NCBI GenBank assembly: GCA_964350585.1
Contig: CAYGKC010000003.1
Location: forward strand, 4,678 to 68,677
Origin: an uncultured Gammaproteobacteria bacterium
GTDB taxonomy: Bacteria; Patescibacteriota; Patescibacteriia; 2-01-FULL-39-33
Length of the DNA stretch: 64,000 nt
Direction of reading: 5' to 3'
Shown here in pieces: positions 46,412-56,556 of the stretch (positions are counted from its first letter, which is position 1; each line of letters opens with the position of its first letter). Made by a program: the position numbers and the translations under genes. The notes under the pieces were generated by a model. That model was not told where the DNA came from. It saw only the letters and a list, made by a program, of their open reading frames with translations, and did not search any database.

Positions 46412-47929
46412 TTATAGTAAAAATTTTAATAATTTATAACCTAACTTCGGACCTAAAAACACAGGATTACTGCCCAAACCGAACTTTGTCATATCGTATA
46501 TTCTTTTAACCTTACGAATATCTTTAGACACACTATTATCATATATTAATTCACCAGCCTTGTCGGCAACCTTATCTAACTCGTTCCCCAGCACTCCAGA
46601 ATCTACCAATACTGATTCATCTTCCATATTACTAAGATCTAAACCATATTCAGCCGGGTCAAATGAAGGACCGTTATCAATGTTTGTAATGGTTAAGTCA
46701 TCATTAATTACATAATCACCAAAAGGATAATCCGTAATTTCACCATGAATTTTCCCGGCTGCAGCAATATTATCAAGAGTGTTGTTTACAGATGCATCTG
46801 CAACTTTTTCAGTCATAGACAAATCCGGAGCTTCTACTTCCATTTTCGAACCGAAGTCGAATAAGTCTATATTATGCATAGCCAAACCCATAACGGTATA
46901 AATAGCTGACTTTAAATATCTCTTATTTACAGCAAATGACTTTTTAAGACTCCCGTTTATCTTTTTTATTTCCCTTGCAATATCTTTTTGTGACATCTCC
47001 CCTTTCATAACTGCCATCAATCTTTGAGCTATTTTTTCTTTTAACTTCTGTCTTCCTTCTTTTTCTTTGGCAGTACCAACCCATTCACCTTTAACTTTAC
47101 CGGCTATTTTTCCAATTTTTGTTTTATAATAATTTTCTATATCAGTAATCATTTTATCAGCAGTGTCTTCAGCCAATCTATCAACTAATACTTCGTTCTC
47201 TCTGCTAAAACTATCGCCTTTTTCAAAAATCGATTTTAAATTTGAAAAATCAACACAATCTTGATATACAATTTCAAACTGAGCAATTTTTTTGGCTGCT
47301 TCGGATATTTTTTCTTTATTTTTTTCCGGATCTTCCCTCCAAGCAGACAATTTTTTTCTTAAACTGTAATACTCGTTTAATGCTTTTTTAACCTGACCAT
47401 CTTTTAAATGATCAATATAACTTAAGGCGATTACCTCGTCTTTATTTTTTGCAGAATTAATTTCATGTGTGGCGGAATTTACTGCCATATGTTGCCTAAA
47501 AGCATCAAGCCAAGCAAACGAACCCATAGTAAAAATATTAAATGAAGCCTTTGCTAAGCTTTTAGCGACTGCAATGCTAATTTCTGAGCTTTTTACAACA
47601 AGCTTATCGACAATCATCGCAATATGTCCTTGAGGTATAAAACCGGTTAGCAACTTTGAAGTTGGCTTGATAATTTTATTTAAAGCATCGCCTGTAAAAT
47701 CAATGGTTCCTTCTACTAATGTTTTAATTCTACTGCCAGCTTCAAGGACGGCAGGAATTGAATCTCCGATAAACTTTTTAACCTTTGAAAATATTGATTT
47801 TCCATCTTTGCTTTCATCAACTATATCTTTTTCTTTCTTTTCTTCTTTGTCTTCCTCATCCATTTTAAGTTCTTCCTCTAAATTTTCTTCAGGTGATATA
47901 GGTTTCTTCAATTTTTCTAAATTCTCCAT
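46412..47929 (-). CDS. hypothetical protein (505 aa) located inside the por gene cluster
   Basis: Uninterrupted ORF with a charged N-terminus and no recognisable catalytic motif. Confidence 0.35.
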   Translation of the reverse strand: MENLEKLKKPISPEENLEEELKMDEEDKEEKKEKDIVDESKDGKSIFSKVKKFIGDSIPAVLEAGSRIKTLVEGTIDFTGDALNKIIKPTSKLLTGFIPQGHIAMIVDKLVVKSSEISIAVAKSLAKASFNIFTMGSFAWLDAFRQHMAVNSATHEINSAKNKDEVIALSYIDHLKDGQVKKALNEYYSLRKKLSAWREDPEKNKEKISEAAKKIAQFEIVYQDCVDFSNLKSIFEKGDSFSRENEVLVDRLAEDTADKMITDIENYYKTKIGKIAGKVKGEWVGTAKEKEGRQKLKEKIAQRLMAVMKGEMSQKDIAREIKKINGSLKKSFAVNKRYLKSAIYTVMGLAMHNIDLFDFGSKMEVEAPDLSMTEKVADASVNNTLDNIAAAGKIHGEITDYPFGDYVINDDLTITNIDNGPSFDPAEYGLDLSNMEDESVLVDSGVLGNELDKVADKAGELIYDNSVSKDIRKVKRIYDMTKFGLGSNPVFLGPKLGYKLLKFLL

Positions 47930-47931
47930 AT

Positions 47932-48468
47932 TTAATTAATTAGTATAAATCCTCTTTTGGCCGCTTTAACATTCTTATCAGCTATATCTCCAGAAAACCT
48001 TTCGTTTATAGCCTTCTCAACCGATCTCATTTCGGTCAGACCAGATAACTTAGCAAAGGCGCCAAGCATAATCGTATTAATGATTGGTTTGCCTATAATT
48101 TCCATGGCAATTTTTTTTGCCGGGATTGTTTTTAAAATAATATCCGAAGGAACCTTAAAATTCAAATCTTCCTTTTCACTATTTAGTAAAACAACCGTTC
48201 CCTTTTTAGCTCCGGCAAATATATCAACTGCTCCAAGAAGACTTGGGTCTTGTACAATAATATAATCCGGTTCATAAACCTGGCTCCTTAAACGAATAAA
48301 TTTTTTATCCGCACGCACATAAGCAGTCACTGGCGCGCCTCTGCGTTCAACACCAAAATTTGGAAATGCCTGAGAAAATTTACCATCATAAAAAATCGCT
48401 TCTGCGATTAGTTCTGCCATAGTCACTGAGCCTTGCCCTCCTCTTCCATGTATTCTTATTTCAATCAT
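47932..48468 (-). CDS. porG: 2-oxoacid:ferredoxin oxidoreductase gamma subunit
   Basis: IRIHGRGGQGSVTMAELIAEA, the characteristic POR-gamma N-terminus. 178 aa. Confidence 0.75.
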   Translation of the reverse strand: MIEIRIHGRGGQGSVTMAELIAEAIFYDGKFSQAFPNFGVERRGAPVTAYVRADKKFIRLRSQVYEPDYIIVQDPSLLGAVDIFAGAKKGTVVLLNSEKEDLNFKVPSDIILKTIPAKKIAMEIIGKPIINTIMLGAFAKLSGLTEMRSVEKAINERFSGDIADKNVKAAKRGFILIN

Positions 48469-48475
48469 ACTATTG

Positions 48476-49291
48476 TTAACTTTTTTTAATTTCTAAAAAC
48501 TTATTTATTATGGACTGCCAATCTTCAAATTTTATTACTCCTTCAAGCTTATTTCCGTTTACAAAAAATGTCGGCGTGCCTATTACGCCTAAATTTCTGG
48601 CATCATTAATATCTTCTTCAAGAATTTTTTTATACTTATCGGAACTCAGACAAGCAGAAAAAACTTGCATATCAATACCTGAGAGCTTTGCCAGTTCGTT
48701 GATATTTTCTACTGAAATTAAATATTGCTGATTGGCAAACAATCGATCATGAAACTGCCAAAACTTTCCCTGATCATTAGCGCATGAACCAGCCTTAGCT
48801 AGAATAATGGAGTTTTCATCAATTACTGGAAAATTTCTATGTATAAACAATACATCATCCTTATTTGATAAAATAGCCTGTCTTATTTGATTTGATTCCT
48901 GCTGGCTCTTTTCACATTGAAAGTCACTGAATTCTACTATAACCAAAGAAGCATTGCTATTACCGATATATGGTCTGTCTTTCTTTTCAGCCAAAATTCT
49001 TTCTGCTCCCATTTGTTCATTATTGATAGCAATTTTGCCAATATCGTTTATTTTATTATCTTGCGTTTTAGTGTAGAATAATCCAACCAAGGATATTACA
49101 ATAACCAAAACCACAATTAAGCTAATCATTATTACCAGAAACATCCAAAATCTTTTCTGTGGCCTGTTAGTCGGATTATTTTCATAATTAAAATTATTTC
49201 CCTGAGGATACTGGTAATTATTACCGTCCTGAGGGAACTGGGCCCTTAATTCCTGATTTTGCCAAGTTGTATTATTATTAGTCTCATCCAT
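48476..49291 (-). CDS. DsbA-family thioredoxin-fold protein, CxxS variant, N-terminal Q/N/Y-rich region + TM
   Basis: SNASLVIVEFSDFQCEKSQQ (C-E-K-S), GKFWQFHDRLF, and cis-Pro region VIGTPTFFVNG. Paralog of 3825..4520. Confidence 0.55.
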   Translation of the reverse strand: MDETNNNTTWQNQELRAQFPQDGNNYQYPQGNNFNYENNPTNRPQKRFWMFLVIMISLIVVLVIVISLVGLFYTKTQDNKINDIGKIAINNEQMGAERILAEKKDRPYIGNSNASLVIVEFSDFQCEKSQQESNQIRQAILSNKDDVLFIHRNFPVIDENSIILAKAGSCANDQGKFWQFHDRLFANQQYLISVENINELAKLSGIDMQVFSACLSSDKYKKILEEDINDARNLGVIGTPTFFVNGNKLEGVIKFEDWQSIINKFLEIKKS

Positions 49292-49436
49292 TATTTAATA
49301 ATATCATAAATATTAGCCATTACCAATATTTCTTGACTTTATTGCAAAACAATGCTAATATAAATATTGATTAATTTATGAAATTAAGAGAGGTAATAAT
49401 TCCTAAAACTAGAAATTCAAGGAATAACAATATAAA

Positions 49437-49646
49437 ATGATAATAGACATAATCCAAATTGCTTCTGCCGTCGGTTTAATCGCAGTAATTCTTCTTCAAA
49501 ATAGAGGTTCCGGACTAGGTTCCGCTTTTGGCGGTGACGGTAATGCCTACAGAACTAAAAGAGGCATAGAAAAATTATTGGTTAAAATCTCTATAATTTT
49601 AGCTGTAATATTTTTTGTAACAGCTTTCATTAACTTCCTATACTAA
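49437..49646 (+). CDS. secG: preprotein translocase subunit SecG
   Basis: ORF of 69 aa. IASAVGLIAVILLQNRGSGLGSAFGG matches the SecG signature (LLQ.gKg.GL…FGG) plus a second TM. Confidence 0.7.
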   Translation: MIIDIIQIASAVGLIAVILLQNRGSGLGSAFGGDGNAYRTKRGIEKLLVKISIILAVIFFVTAFINFLY

Positions 49647-49690
49647 TCTTTTTGCTATTAAAGGCAATAACTAAATAACCGTCTTCGAAC

Positions 49691-51520
49691 GTGAACTTAT
49701 TATCTTCTTGGAAAAAAAACCTTGAAAGGGCCTTTTCTCCAAAATATAAAAAATTAAGAACACTCGCTAAACAGTACCATCTTGATAAAAGACTGGTTCA
49801 TTCTTTAAATAGCGCAAAAGTTCCAACTGCAAATCAATTCAAACACTTCTTCACCATACTCAATAAAACTGAAAAGAAAGTTTTTATATTTACAGCAATC
49901 ATATTAGTAGTTTCACTAACTCTTCTTGGCATAAAATCAATTTCCTTTTTTACAGTTCCTCTTGCAAAAGCCGGTGGAACATATACTGAAGGACTGATAG
50001 GTTCTGTAAGATATTTAAATCCCATACTTGCACAGACAAATGACGTTGATATAGATATTTCAAGTCTCATCTTTTCCGGACTCTTAAAATATAATAACGA
50101 CAGACAACTTGTTCCTGATCTTGCGGAAAGCTATGAAATTTCAGAAGACCAACTTTCATACACCATAAAATTAAGGACTGATGTTAAATGGCATGATGGC
50201 GAACCATTCAAAGCCGATGATATTATATTTACAATTGCATCAATTCAGGATCCCGAATTCAAAAGCCCTCTACAAAGGAGTTTCCGAGGCATTATCGCTG
50301 AAAAAATCGATGATCATACTATAACTTTTACCCTCAAAGAACCCTTTGCTCCGTTTACAGGACTTTTAACTTTCGGCATTCTGCCCGAACACTTATGGTA
50401 TAATATTGCCCCTGCCAATGCATCTTTAACCGAACTTAATAAAAAGCCGGTAGGAACTGGTCCATGGCAATTTGACAGTTTTAAGAAAGATATGAATGGA
50501 GTGATAAAATCTTACACTCTTACGCCAAACAAATTGTATTATGATCAAAAGCCGTTCATCCAAGAATTAACATTTAAGTTTTATGGCGATTTTGTTTCCG
50601 CCCTTGATGCCTTAAAAACTAAAAGTGTTGACGGTATTGCTTACTTACCAAGTGAATTTAAGGACGAACTTAAAAAATATAAAAATATCCAGTATCACCA
50701 CCTGATCCAGCCACAGTATACCGCACTGTTTTTTAATCAAAGTAAAAATGAACTTCTAAAATCTGACTATATCAGGCAAGCACTTGCCATGGCTATAGAC
50801 AAAAACAAAATTCTTAATGAAGGAGTTAAAGGAGAGGGACGCATAGTTGATATGCCTTCCCTTCCGGGAATTGAAGACTTTCCAGATGCCAAAAAATATG
50901 AATTTAATCCACAAGCTGCCGTTGATCTCCTTGAAGCCAATGGCTGGGAAATGATTTCTACAACAACTGAAGGAATAACTGAACAACTTAGACAAAAAAA
51001 ATCATGGCCGCTTGAAGTTAATATTACAACAATTGACCAGGCGCAAAATATTGAAATCGCCAACATCATTAAACAGTCATGGGCTCAAATCGGAGTAAAA
51101 ACCAACATTACGATTGTAGATAAATCAAAGATATTGCAAGATGTCATAAATCCAAGGAAATATGAAATACTATTATTTGGTGTAAATCTAGGTGCCGATC
51201 CTGATCCTTTCCCATTCTGGCATTCTTCACAAAATGAATATCCCGGATTAAATTTAGCAATTTTTTCTAATAAAACCGTAGATCAGCTACTAGAAGACGG
51301 ACGAAAAACAAGCGATTGGGCACAAAGGAAAGCCAAATACTGGGAATTTCAAAAAATAGTTTCTGAACAACTACCGGCAATTTTCCTTTTTAATCCAAAC
51401 TATATTTATCCTCAATATAATAACATTAAAGGATTCAATGCCTGGGGAATTTCGGGACCATCAGACAGATTTGCAAATATTTCTCAGTGGTATTTAAAAG
51501 AAAAAAGATCCCTCAAATAA
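49691..51520 (+). CDS. ABC transporter substrate-binding protein, family 5 (OppA/DppA-like peptide-binding), TM-anchored
   Basis: ORF of 609 aa with an N-terminal TM. Length and conserved SBP_bac_5-like blocks (…YTIKLRTDVKWHDGEPF…, …LLFGVNLGADPDP…). Confidence 0.6.
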   Translation: MNLLSSWKKNLERAFSPKYKKLRTLAKQYHLDKRLVHSLNSAKVPTANQFKHFFTILNKTEKKVFIFTAIILVVSLTLLGIKSISFFTVPLAKAGGTYTEGLIGSVRYLNPILAQTNDVDIDISSLIFSGLLKYNNDRQLVPDLAESYEISEDQLSYTIKLRTDVKWHDGEPFKADDIIFTIASIQDPEFKSPLQRSFRGIIAEKIDDHTITFTLKEPFAPFTGLLTFGILPEHLWYNIAPANASLTELNKKPVGTGPWQFDSFKKDMNGVIKSYTLTPNKLYYDQKPFIQELTFKFYGDFVSALDALKTKSVDGIAYLPSEFKDELKKYKNIQYHHLIQPQYTALFFNQSKNELLKSDYIRQALAMAIDKNKILNEGVKGEGRIVDMPSLPGIEDFPDAKKYEFNPQAAVDLLEANGWEMISTTTEGITEQLRQKKSWPLEVNITTIDQAQNIEIANIIKQSWAQIGVKTNITIVDKSKILQDVINPRKYEILLFGVNLGADPDPFPFWHSSQNEYPGLNLAIFSNKTVDQLLEDGRKTSDWAQRKAKYWEFQKIVSEQLPAIFLFNPNYIYPQYNNIKGFNAWGISGPSDRFANISQWYLKEKRSLK

Positions 51521-51540
51521 CAACTCAGTTTACTAGCCGA

Positions 51541-51624
51541 GCCGATATGGTGGAATTGGTAGACACGCTAGCTTCAGGAGCTAGTGGGAGTAATCCTATA
51601 AGGGTTCAAATCCCTTTATCGGCA
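51541..51624 (+). tRNA. tRNA-Leu (anticodon CAG), class II
   Basis: GCCGATATGGTGGAATTGGTAGACACGCTAGCTTCAGGAGCTAG… closely matches the canonical bacterial tRNA-Leu D-arm and anticodon arm (loop CTTCAGGAG gives CAG). Long variable arm, T-arm GGGTTCAAATCCC, acceptor GCCGATA/TATCGGC. Confidence 0.8.
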
Positions 51625-51661
51625 ATATACTTTTAATTAAAAATAAACTCTATATTACTAA

Positions 51662-53500
51662 TTGCCTCTTAAGGCAAAAAAATTTATGAATGAAAGAACA
51701 AACAGCTACTATAAACAAAGTGGCTCTCAAAGAAAACATGCGCAAAAAAAATCAACACAGAACGTTGCAAATATTGCCTATGAAAAAAACAACGACAAAA
51801 AAAATCAAACCAGAACCGCTCCAGAAAAAAAAGATGAAAATCTTTTGAAAATAATCCCTCTTGGGGGATGCGAAGAAGTTGGAAGAAATATGACTCTCTT
51901 TGAATATAAGAAAGACATTATTATCCTTGATATGGGAATACAATTTCCGGAAGAAGATATGCCGGGAATTGATTACATTATTCCCAACATTGAATATCTT
52001 AAAGGCAAAGAAAAAAACGTCAAAGGAGTAATTTTTTCTCACGGCCATTTAGATCATATCGGAGCTGCCCCCATACTTTTAGAAAAACTCGGCAATCCTC
52101 CTATTGTAGGTATGGATTTTACCTTAGCAATGATAAAGCACAGACAGGAAGATTATAAGAAAGATACGGCAGACAAACTCAAAATAATTAATATCAAAAA
52201 TTTAAACGACAAAATACGCCTTGGAGAATTTTCAATCGAATTTTTTCAAATAGAACATTCCATTATGGATGCTGTCGGTGTAATAATCAAAACTCCCGTA
52301 GCCACCTTAGTTCATCCAGGCGACTGGACGCTTGAAAGAGATAAAAACGGTAAGCCATTTTTAGATTTTTCATTTTTGTCGAAACTACCAAGACCCACAG
52401 TACTGATGCTAGAAAGCTTAGGCTCAACAGACGTAAGAGAAAGCGCCACTACTGAAGAGATGAAAAAAAACCTAACACAACTAATTTCCGAATCATCCGG
52501 AAGGATAATCATCGGAACATTTTCCTCGCAAATAGAAAGAATCGGATGGATCTTTTCTATTGCCCAAAAATTAGGAAAGAAAATCGCGCTTGACGGATAT
52601 AGCATGAAGGTCAATGTTGAAATCGCCAAGAAATTAGGTTATATAAAAATAACCAAGGGTGAGCTTATTAAAATAGAACAAATTGACAATTACCCAGATA
52701 ACAAAATTATCGTATTATGCACTGGCGCTCAAGGCGAAGGAAATGCAGTCCTATCTAGAATTATTGACGGTACCCACAGGCATTTAAAACTGAAGAAAAG
52801 TGATACAGTAATCCTTTCTTCATCCATTATTCCCGGAAATGAAAGAACAATACAAAGACTGAAAGACAATCTTTACAGACAATGTGATAACGTTATCCAT
52901 GGAAGCATTATGGACATCCACGTATCAGGACATGGCAATAAGGAAGATATTAAATACATGCTCCATCAAATCAGTCCTGATTATTTTATTCCTGTTTATG
53001 CGCATCATTACATGCTTAAAGAAGCCGCTAAGCTTGCTAAAGTTGAAGGCTTTAGGGAAGATAGAATTTTTGTTCCTGATAATGGACAGATTATAGAGTT
53101 CGATAAGTCGGGTGGCAGAATAACAGATAAAAAAGTTCCTGCCAATTATGTTTTTGTAGACGGACTTGGAATAACTGACAGTAGCAACGTTGTTATTAGA
53201 GACAGAAAAATGATGGCGGAAGATGGTATGCTCGTTGTTATTGCAACCATAGATGCCAAAACAGGAAATTTAGTTCACAATCCTGATCTTATTTCAAGGG
53301 GTTTTGTTTATTTAAAAGAAAATAAAAAACTTATTGAAATGACAAGACAGAAAGTTAAAAAAATGCTCAAAGATGAAAATCCTTTGACTGCGCCTGATGA
53401 CCAGTATCTCAAAGATAAAATTAGAAATGAAATCGGCAAGTTTTTATACCAAAAAACTGAAAAAAGGCCAATGATTCTCCCAGTTATAATCGAAGTTTAA
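51662..53500 (+). CDS. rnj: ribonuclease J (metallo-beta-lactamase/beta-CASP RNase)
   Basis: Motif HGHLDHIG, beta-CASP region, and N-terminal LKIIPLGGCEEVGRNMT typical of RNase J. A ~60-aa basic N-terminal extension. Confidence 0.8.
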   Translation: MPLKAKKFMNERTNSYYKQSGSQRKHAQKKSTQNVANIAYEKNNDKKNQTRTAPEKKDENLLKIIPLGGCEEVGRNMTLFEYKKDIIILDMGIQFPEEDMPGIDYIIPNIEYLKGKEKNVKGVIFSHGHLDHIGAAPILLEKLGNPPIVGMDFTLAMIKHRQEDYKKDTADKLKIINIKNLNDKIRLGEFSIEFFQIEHSIMDAVGVIIKTPVATLVHPGDWTLERDKNGKPFLDFSFLSKLPRPTVLMLESLGSTDVRESATTEEMKKNLTQLISESSGRIIIGTFSSQIERIGWIFSIAQKLGKKIALDGYSMKVNVEIAKKLGYIKITKGELIKIEQIDNYPDNKIIVLCTGAQGEGNAVLSRIIDGTHRHLKLKKSDTVILSSSIIPGNERTIQRLKDNLYRQCDNVIHGSIMDIHVSGHGNKEDIKYMLHQISPDYFIPVYAHHYMLKEAAKLAKVEGFREDRIFVPDNGQIIEFDKSGGRITDKKVPANYVFVDGLGITDSSNVVIRDRKMMAEDGMLVVIATIDAKTGNLVHNPDLISRGFVYLKENKKLIEMTRQKVKKMLKDENPLTAPDDQYLKDKIRNEIGKFLYQKTEKRPMILPVIIEV

Positions 53501-53501
53501 C

Positions 53502-53536
53502 CTAAAAAAAATCCCGCCTAGGCGGGATTTTTTTAA
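53502..53536. terminator. bidirectional rho-independent terminator (A7-ATCCCGCC-tag-GCGGGAT-T7)
   Basis: Perfect 8-bp GC-rich stem flanked by an A-run and a T-run, between convergent rnj and the speH-like gene. Confidence 0.7.
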
Positions 53537-53922
53537 TATCGCAAAAGGATTTTACTCCTTGATTTTTTCGCTTTGAAATATTTCTTGGCGAACTCCTCAG
53601 CAAGACTTGGATCAAAAAACTTGCAACTGAAAATGTCAATAAATCCCCTATCTCCTGTTTTATCATCTAGATGCAAAACAACTGATGATGTTTCTATAAA
53701 TTGCATCGCACTGTATCCTTCTAAAGACCCTTCACCAAACTTTTTCAAGTGGGTAGAGCCGTAAGGCTTCATATTGATCTTTTCAATCAACTCGGCAACA
53801 AATTTCTTTATTGCTTTTGGCGACTGAATTAACTTGTTATCGCAGCCAGAAAGATCAATGCTGGCTAACATACCCCACGCCCCGCTAGACTTATAGCGCT
53901 GACGCAAAGTTGAAATGTCCAT
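53533..53922 (-). CDS. speH: S-adenosylmethionine decarboxylase proenzyme, small (SpeH/class 1) type
   Basis: ORF of 129 aa. GCD…, …LEGYSAMQFIETSSVVLH… (the ES self-cleavage site context) and GFIDIFSCKFFDP align with Bacillus/archaeal SpeH motifs (GVSGVVIISESHLTIH; SIDVYTCG..DP). Confidence 0.55.
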   Translation of the reverse strand: MDISTLRQRYKSSGAWGMLASIDLSGCDNKLIQSPKAIKKFVAELIEKINMKPYGSTHLKKFGEGSLEGYSAMQFIETSSVVLHLDDKTGDRGFIDIFSCKFFDPSLAEEFAKKYFKAKKSRSKILLRY

Positions 53923-54026
53923 TCCTCTTTTAATTATTAATTAGCTACCGCGCAAAAATGCTTGGGTAAAATTAATTATAATGGAATAAAACAATAATGT
54001 TAATATGTGGATAAATTAAATTAAAA

Positions 54027-54058
54027 AAAGAGCCCGTTTAAAGGCTCTATTTTTTATA
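54027..54058. terminator. rho-independent terminator hairpin (AGAGCC-cgtttaaa-GGCTCT) flanked by A- and T-runs; serves trpS on minus strand
   Basis: 6-bp stem with U-runs in both orientations, 10 nt downstream of the trpS stop. Confidence 0.5.
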
Positions 54059-54067
54059 TCTACCTTT

Positions 54068-55069
54068 TTATTTAGTAAAATAATCAAGTTTCATGGCTTT
54101 TTTTACTTCTTCAAGAGTCTGAGAAGTTTTGTTTCTGGCTTTTTCCGTTCCTATTTCAAGCATTTTCATAACTTGCCCAGGATCCTTAGCGTATTCATTC
54201 CTTCTTTGTCTAATTGGTTTTAATAAATTTTCCAATACATCCAATAACCTTTTTTTCAAAACCACATCTCCTAACCCGCCACTTTTATATTTTGATTTCA
54301 GTTTTTTAATCTCATCAGTATCCGGGTCAAAAGCATCAAGATATTCAAAAACAATATTACCATTAACATTTCCAGGATCTTCGACTTTAATATGCTTTGG
54401 ATCAGTGTACATTTTTTTAACTTTTTGGCTTAAATCCTCAAAAGTATCGGATAAATAAATGGCATTACCTAAACTTTTTCCCATTTTTGCCTTACCATCT
54501 ATACCTGAAAGCCTTCCAATGTCTGAAACTAACCCTTTTGGTTCAGTTAATACCGGCTTGTAAATTCTATTAAATGACCTGACGATTTCAACAGTTTGTT
54601 CGATTACGGGCAGTTGATCCTCCCCCACAGGAACTAAATCAGCGTTGAAGGCCGTTATGTCAGCTGCTTGACTAATAGGATACATTAAAAAACCAACCGG
54701 CACATTTGCGCCAAAACCTTTTTGTTTCATTTCATCTTTAACTGTCGGATTACGCTGGAGTCTTGCTAGTGTTACTAAGTTCAAATAGTAAACTGTCAAC
54801 TCCGCTATTTCTGGAACCAACGACTGGACTACAATAGTAGCCTGTTTGGGATCAATACCAACAGCCAAATAATCCAAAGCGACCTGTAAAACATTTTTTC
54901 TAATTTTTTGAGGATCTTCCGCATTATCCGTTAAAGCTTGAACATCAGCGATTAAAATATATGTTTCATATTCTTTCTGCAACTCTATCCTTTTCTTTAA
55001 AGAACCGACATAATGCCCCAAGTGCAAAGATCCATTAGGTCTATCGCCTGTTAATATAACTTTTTTCAT
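54068..55069 (-). CDS. trpS: tryptophanyl-tRNA synthetase
   Basis: HIGH-class motif [16 protein letters not shown] and KMGKS (KMSKS) motif. 333 aa. Confidence 0.85.
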   Translation of the reverse strand: MKKVILTGDRPNGSLHLGHYVGSLKKRIELQKEYETYILIADVQALTDNAEDPQKIRKNVLQVALDYLAVGIDPKQATIVVQSLVPEIAELTVYYLNLVTLARLQRNPTVKDEMKQKGFGANVPVGFLMYPISQAADITAFNADLVPVGEDQLPVIEQTVEIVRSFNRIYKPVLTEPKGLVSDIGRLSGIDGKAKMGKSLGNAIYLSDTFEDLSQKVKKMYTDPKHIKVEDPGNVNGNIVFEYLDAFDPDTDEIKKLKSKYKSGGLGDVVLKKRLLDVLENLLKPIRQRRNEYAKDPGQVMKMLEIGTEKARNKTSQTLEEVKKAMKLDYFTK

Positions 55070-55138
55070 AAATGAGATTAAATTTTAACTATTATAACAA
55101 CACTTAACAAAAAATAGCAATAACTGTTTTAATTTAAA

Positions 55139-56524
55139 TTATTTTATCAAGGCAAGAGCATCTTTTTTAACCTCTTCCAACAGTTTTGAATTTACGGCTT
55201 CGATATTAAGCCTAACAAGTGGTTCAGTCACAGAACGACGAATATTCAAGAAAAAATCAGGCGCAAAAACTGATATGCCATCTGAAAGGTCAATTCTCAA
55301 ATCCTTATATTTTGCAATGAATTTTCTTGATAACTTTTCAAAATTCTTATTCTCAACATTTATCTCTCCGGAAATTTTATATTCCTTTTTAAACGGCGCA
55401 ATAGCTTCTGAAAATTTAATATTATGGTTACTCAAGTATTCTATAACCAATAGGGCAGGCATAATTCCGTCTCCAAAAGTAAAGTTTTTCTTTTCCTTTC
55501 GTGACAACAAAAAATTTAAAAAATAGTGACCCGAATTTTCACAACCGAAAGATGCCCTTTCTACTTTCATGGCATTTACAATATTAGGATAGCCTGAGCG
55601 CGAGGTAACAGAAACTCCGCCACTACTCTCTATTACTTTTTTAATGGCCATCTGAATCCTGCCGTCAACAACTACCTTTTTATTTTTTAACTTTATTTCC
55701 TTCGATTTTTCCAGAAATATTTTTGACAAAAGGCAATTGGCATAATAAGGCAAAACAAATCTACCCTTTTCATCTATAAAGATAATTCTGTCACCGTCTC
55801 CATCCCATATAATACCCAAATGAGCTTTTTGTTTCCTAACTTCTTTTTCAATTGGCCGCCTATTTTCCTGCAACATCGGATTTGGACCATGGTCCGAATA
55901 TTTATCTTTGCGAAAATTCATTTTTGTGGTTCTTCCGGGAATTCTTATAAAAAAGTATTCAATTATTTTCGCAGCTGAACCCCCGCTGGCATCTAAAACA
56001 ATTTTCAAATTTCCGATTTTTTTTCTATCAACAATTTCAAAAACAAAATTATAATATTCTTTTAAAATTTCCAAGTGTTTAACTTTATTTTTTATGGAAA
56101 CAGCTTTTGTTTTCGTAGCTAAAATCTTATCAGCCAACAAGGCAATTTTATCCAAACCGTTTTTACTGCCTATACTCCTGCCGTCTTTTTGAAAAAGCTT
56201 CATTCCGGTAAAACCTGGCGGATTATGCGAAGCAGTAACCATTATTCCTCCATCTAAACTTTTTGCACCTACTGCAAAGTGCAAAGAAGGCGTGCTTTCT
56301 TCTTCCATATTATAAATTTGACAACCTGCCTTCGCCAACCCCTTAATTATGAAAGGATAAATTTTTTTTGATTCTTCTCTCTTATCCCTTCCGATGGCAA
56401 TTTTTTTTATTTTTAAGGTCAAAGCAAAAGCCGTTGCAAGCGCCTCAGCACTTAACTCATTTATGCCATCAGGATAAATTCCCCTAACGTCATATTCTCT
56501 TAAAATATTTTGATTTATTTTCAC
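55139..56524 (-). CDS. alpha-D-phosphohexomutase family protein (phosphoglucomutase/phosphomannomutase)
   Basis: Active-site motif GIMVTASHNPPGFTGMK (TASHNP), a Mg-binding DGDGDR loop, and 461 aa. Confidence 0.75.
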   Translation of the reverse strand: MKINQNILREYDVRGIYPDGINELSAEALATAFALTLKIKKIAIGRDKREESKKIYPFIIKGLAKAGCQIYNMEEESTPSLHFAVGAKSLDGGIMVTASHNPPGFTGMKLFQKDGRSIGSKNGLDKIALLADKILATKTKAVSIKNKVKHLEILKEYYNFVFEIVDRKKIGNLKIVLDASGGSAAKIIEYFFIRIPGRTTKMNFRKDKYSDHGPNPMLQENRRPIEKEVRKQKAHLGIIWDGDGDRIIFIDEKGRFVLPYYANCLLSKIFLEKSKEIKLKNKKVVVDGRIQMAIKKVIESSGGVSVTSRSGYPNIVNAMKVERASFGCENSGHYFLNFLLSRKEKKNFTFGDGIMPALLVIEYLSNHNIKFSEAIAPFKKEYKISGEINVENKNFEKLSRKFIAKYKDLRIDLSDGISVFAPDFFLNIRRSVTEPLVRLNIEAVNSKLLEEVKKDALALIK

Positions 56525-56556
56525 CTTCCTTAAATTTATTATTTAATATAATTTTA

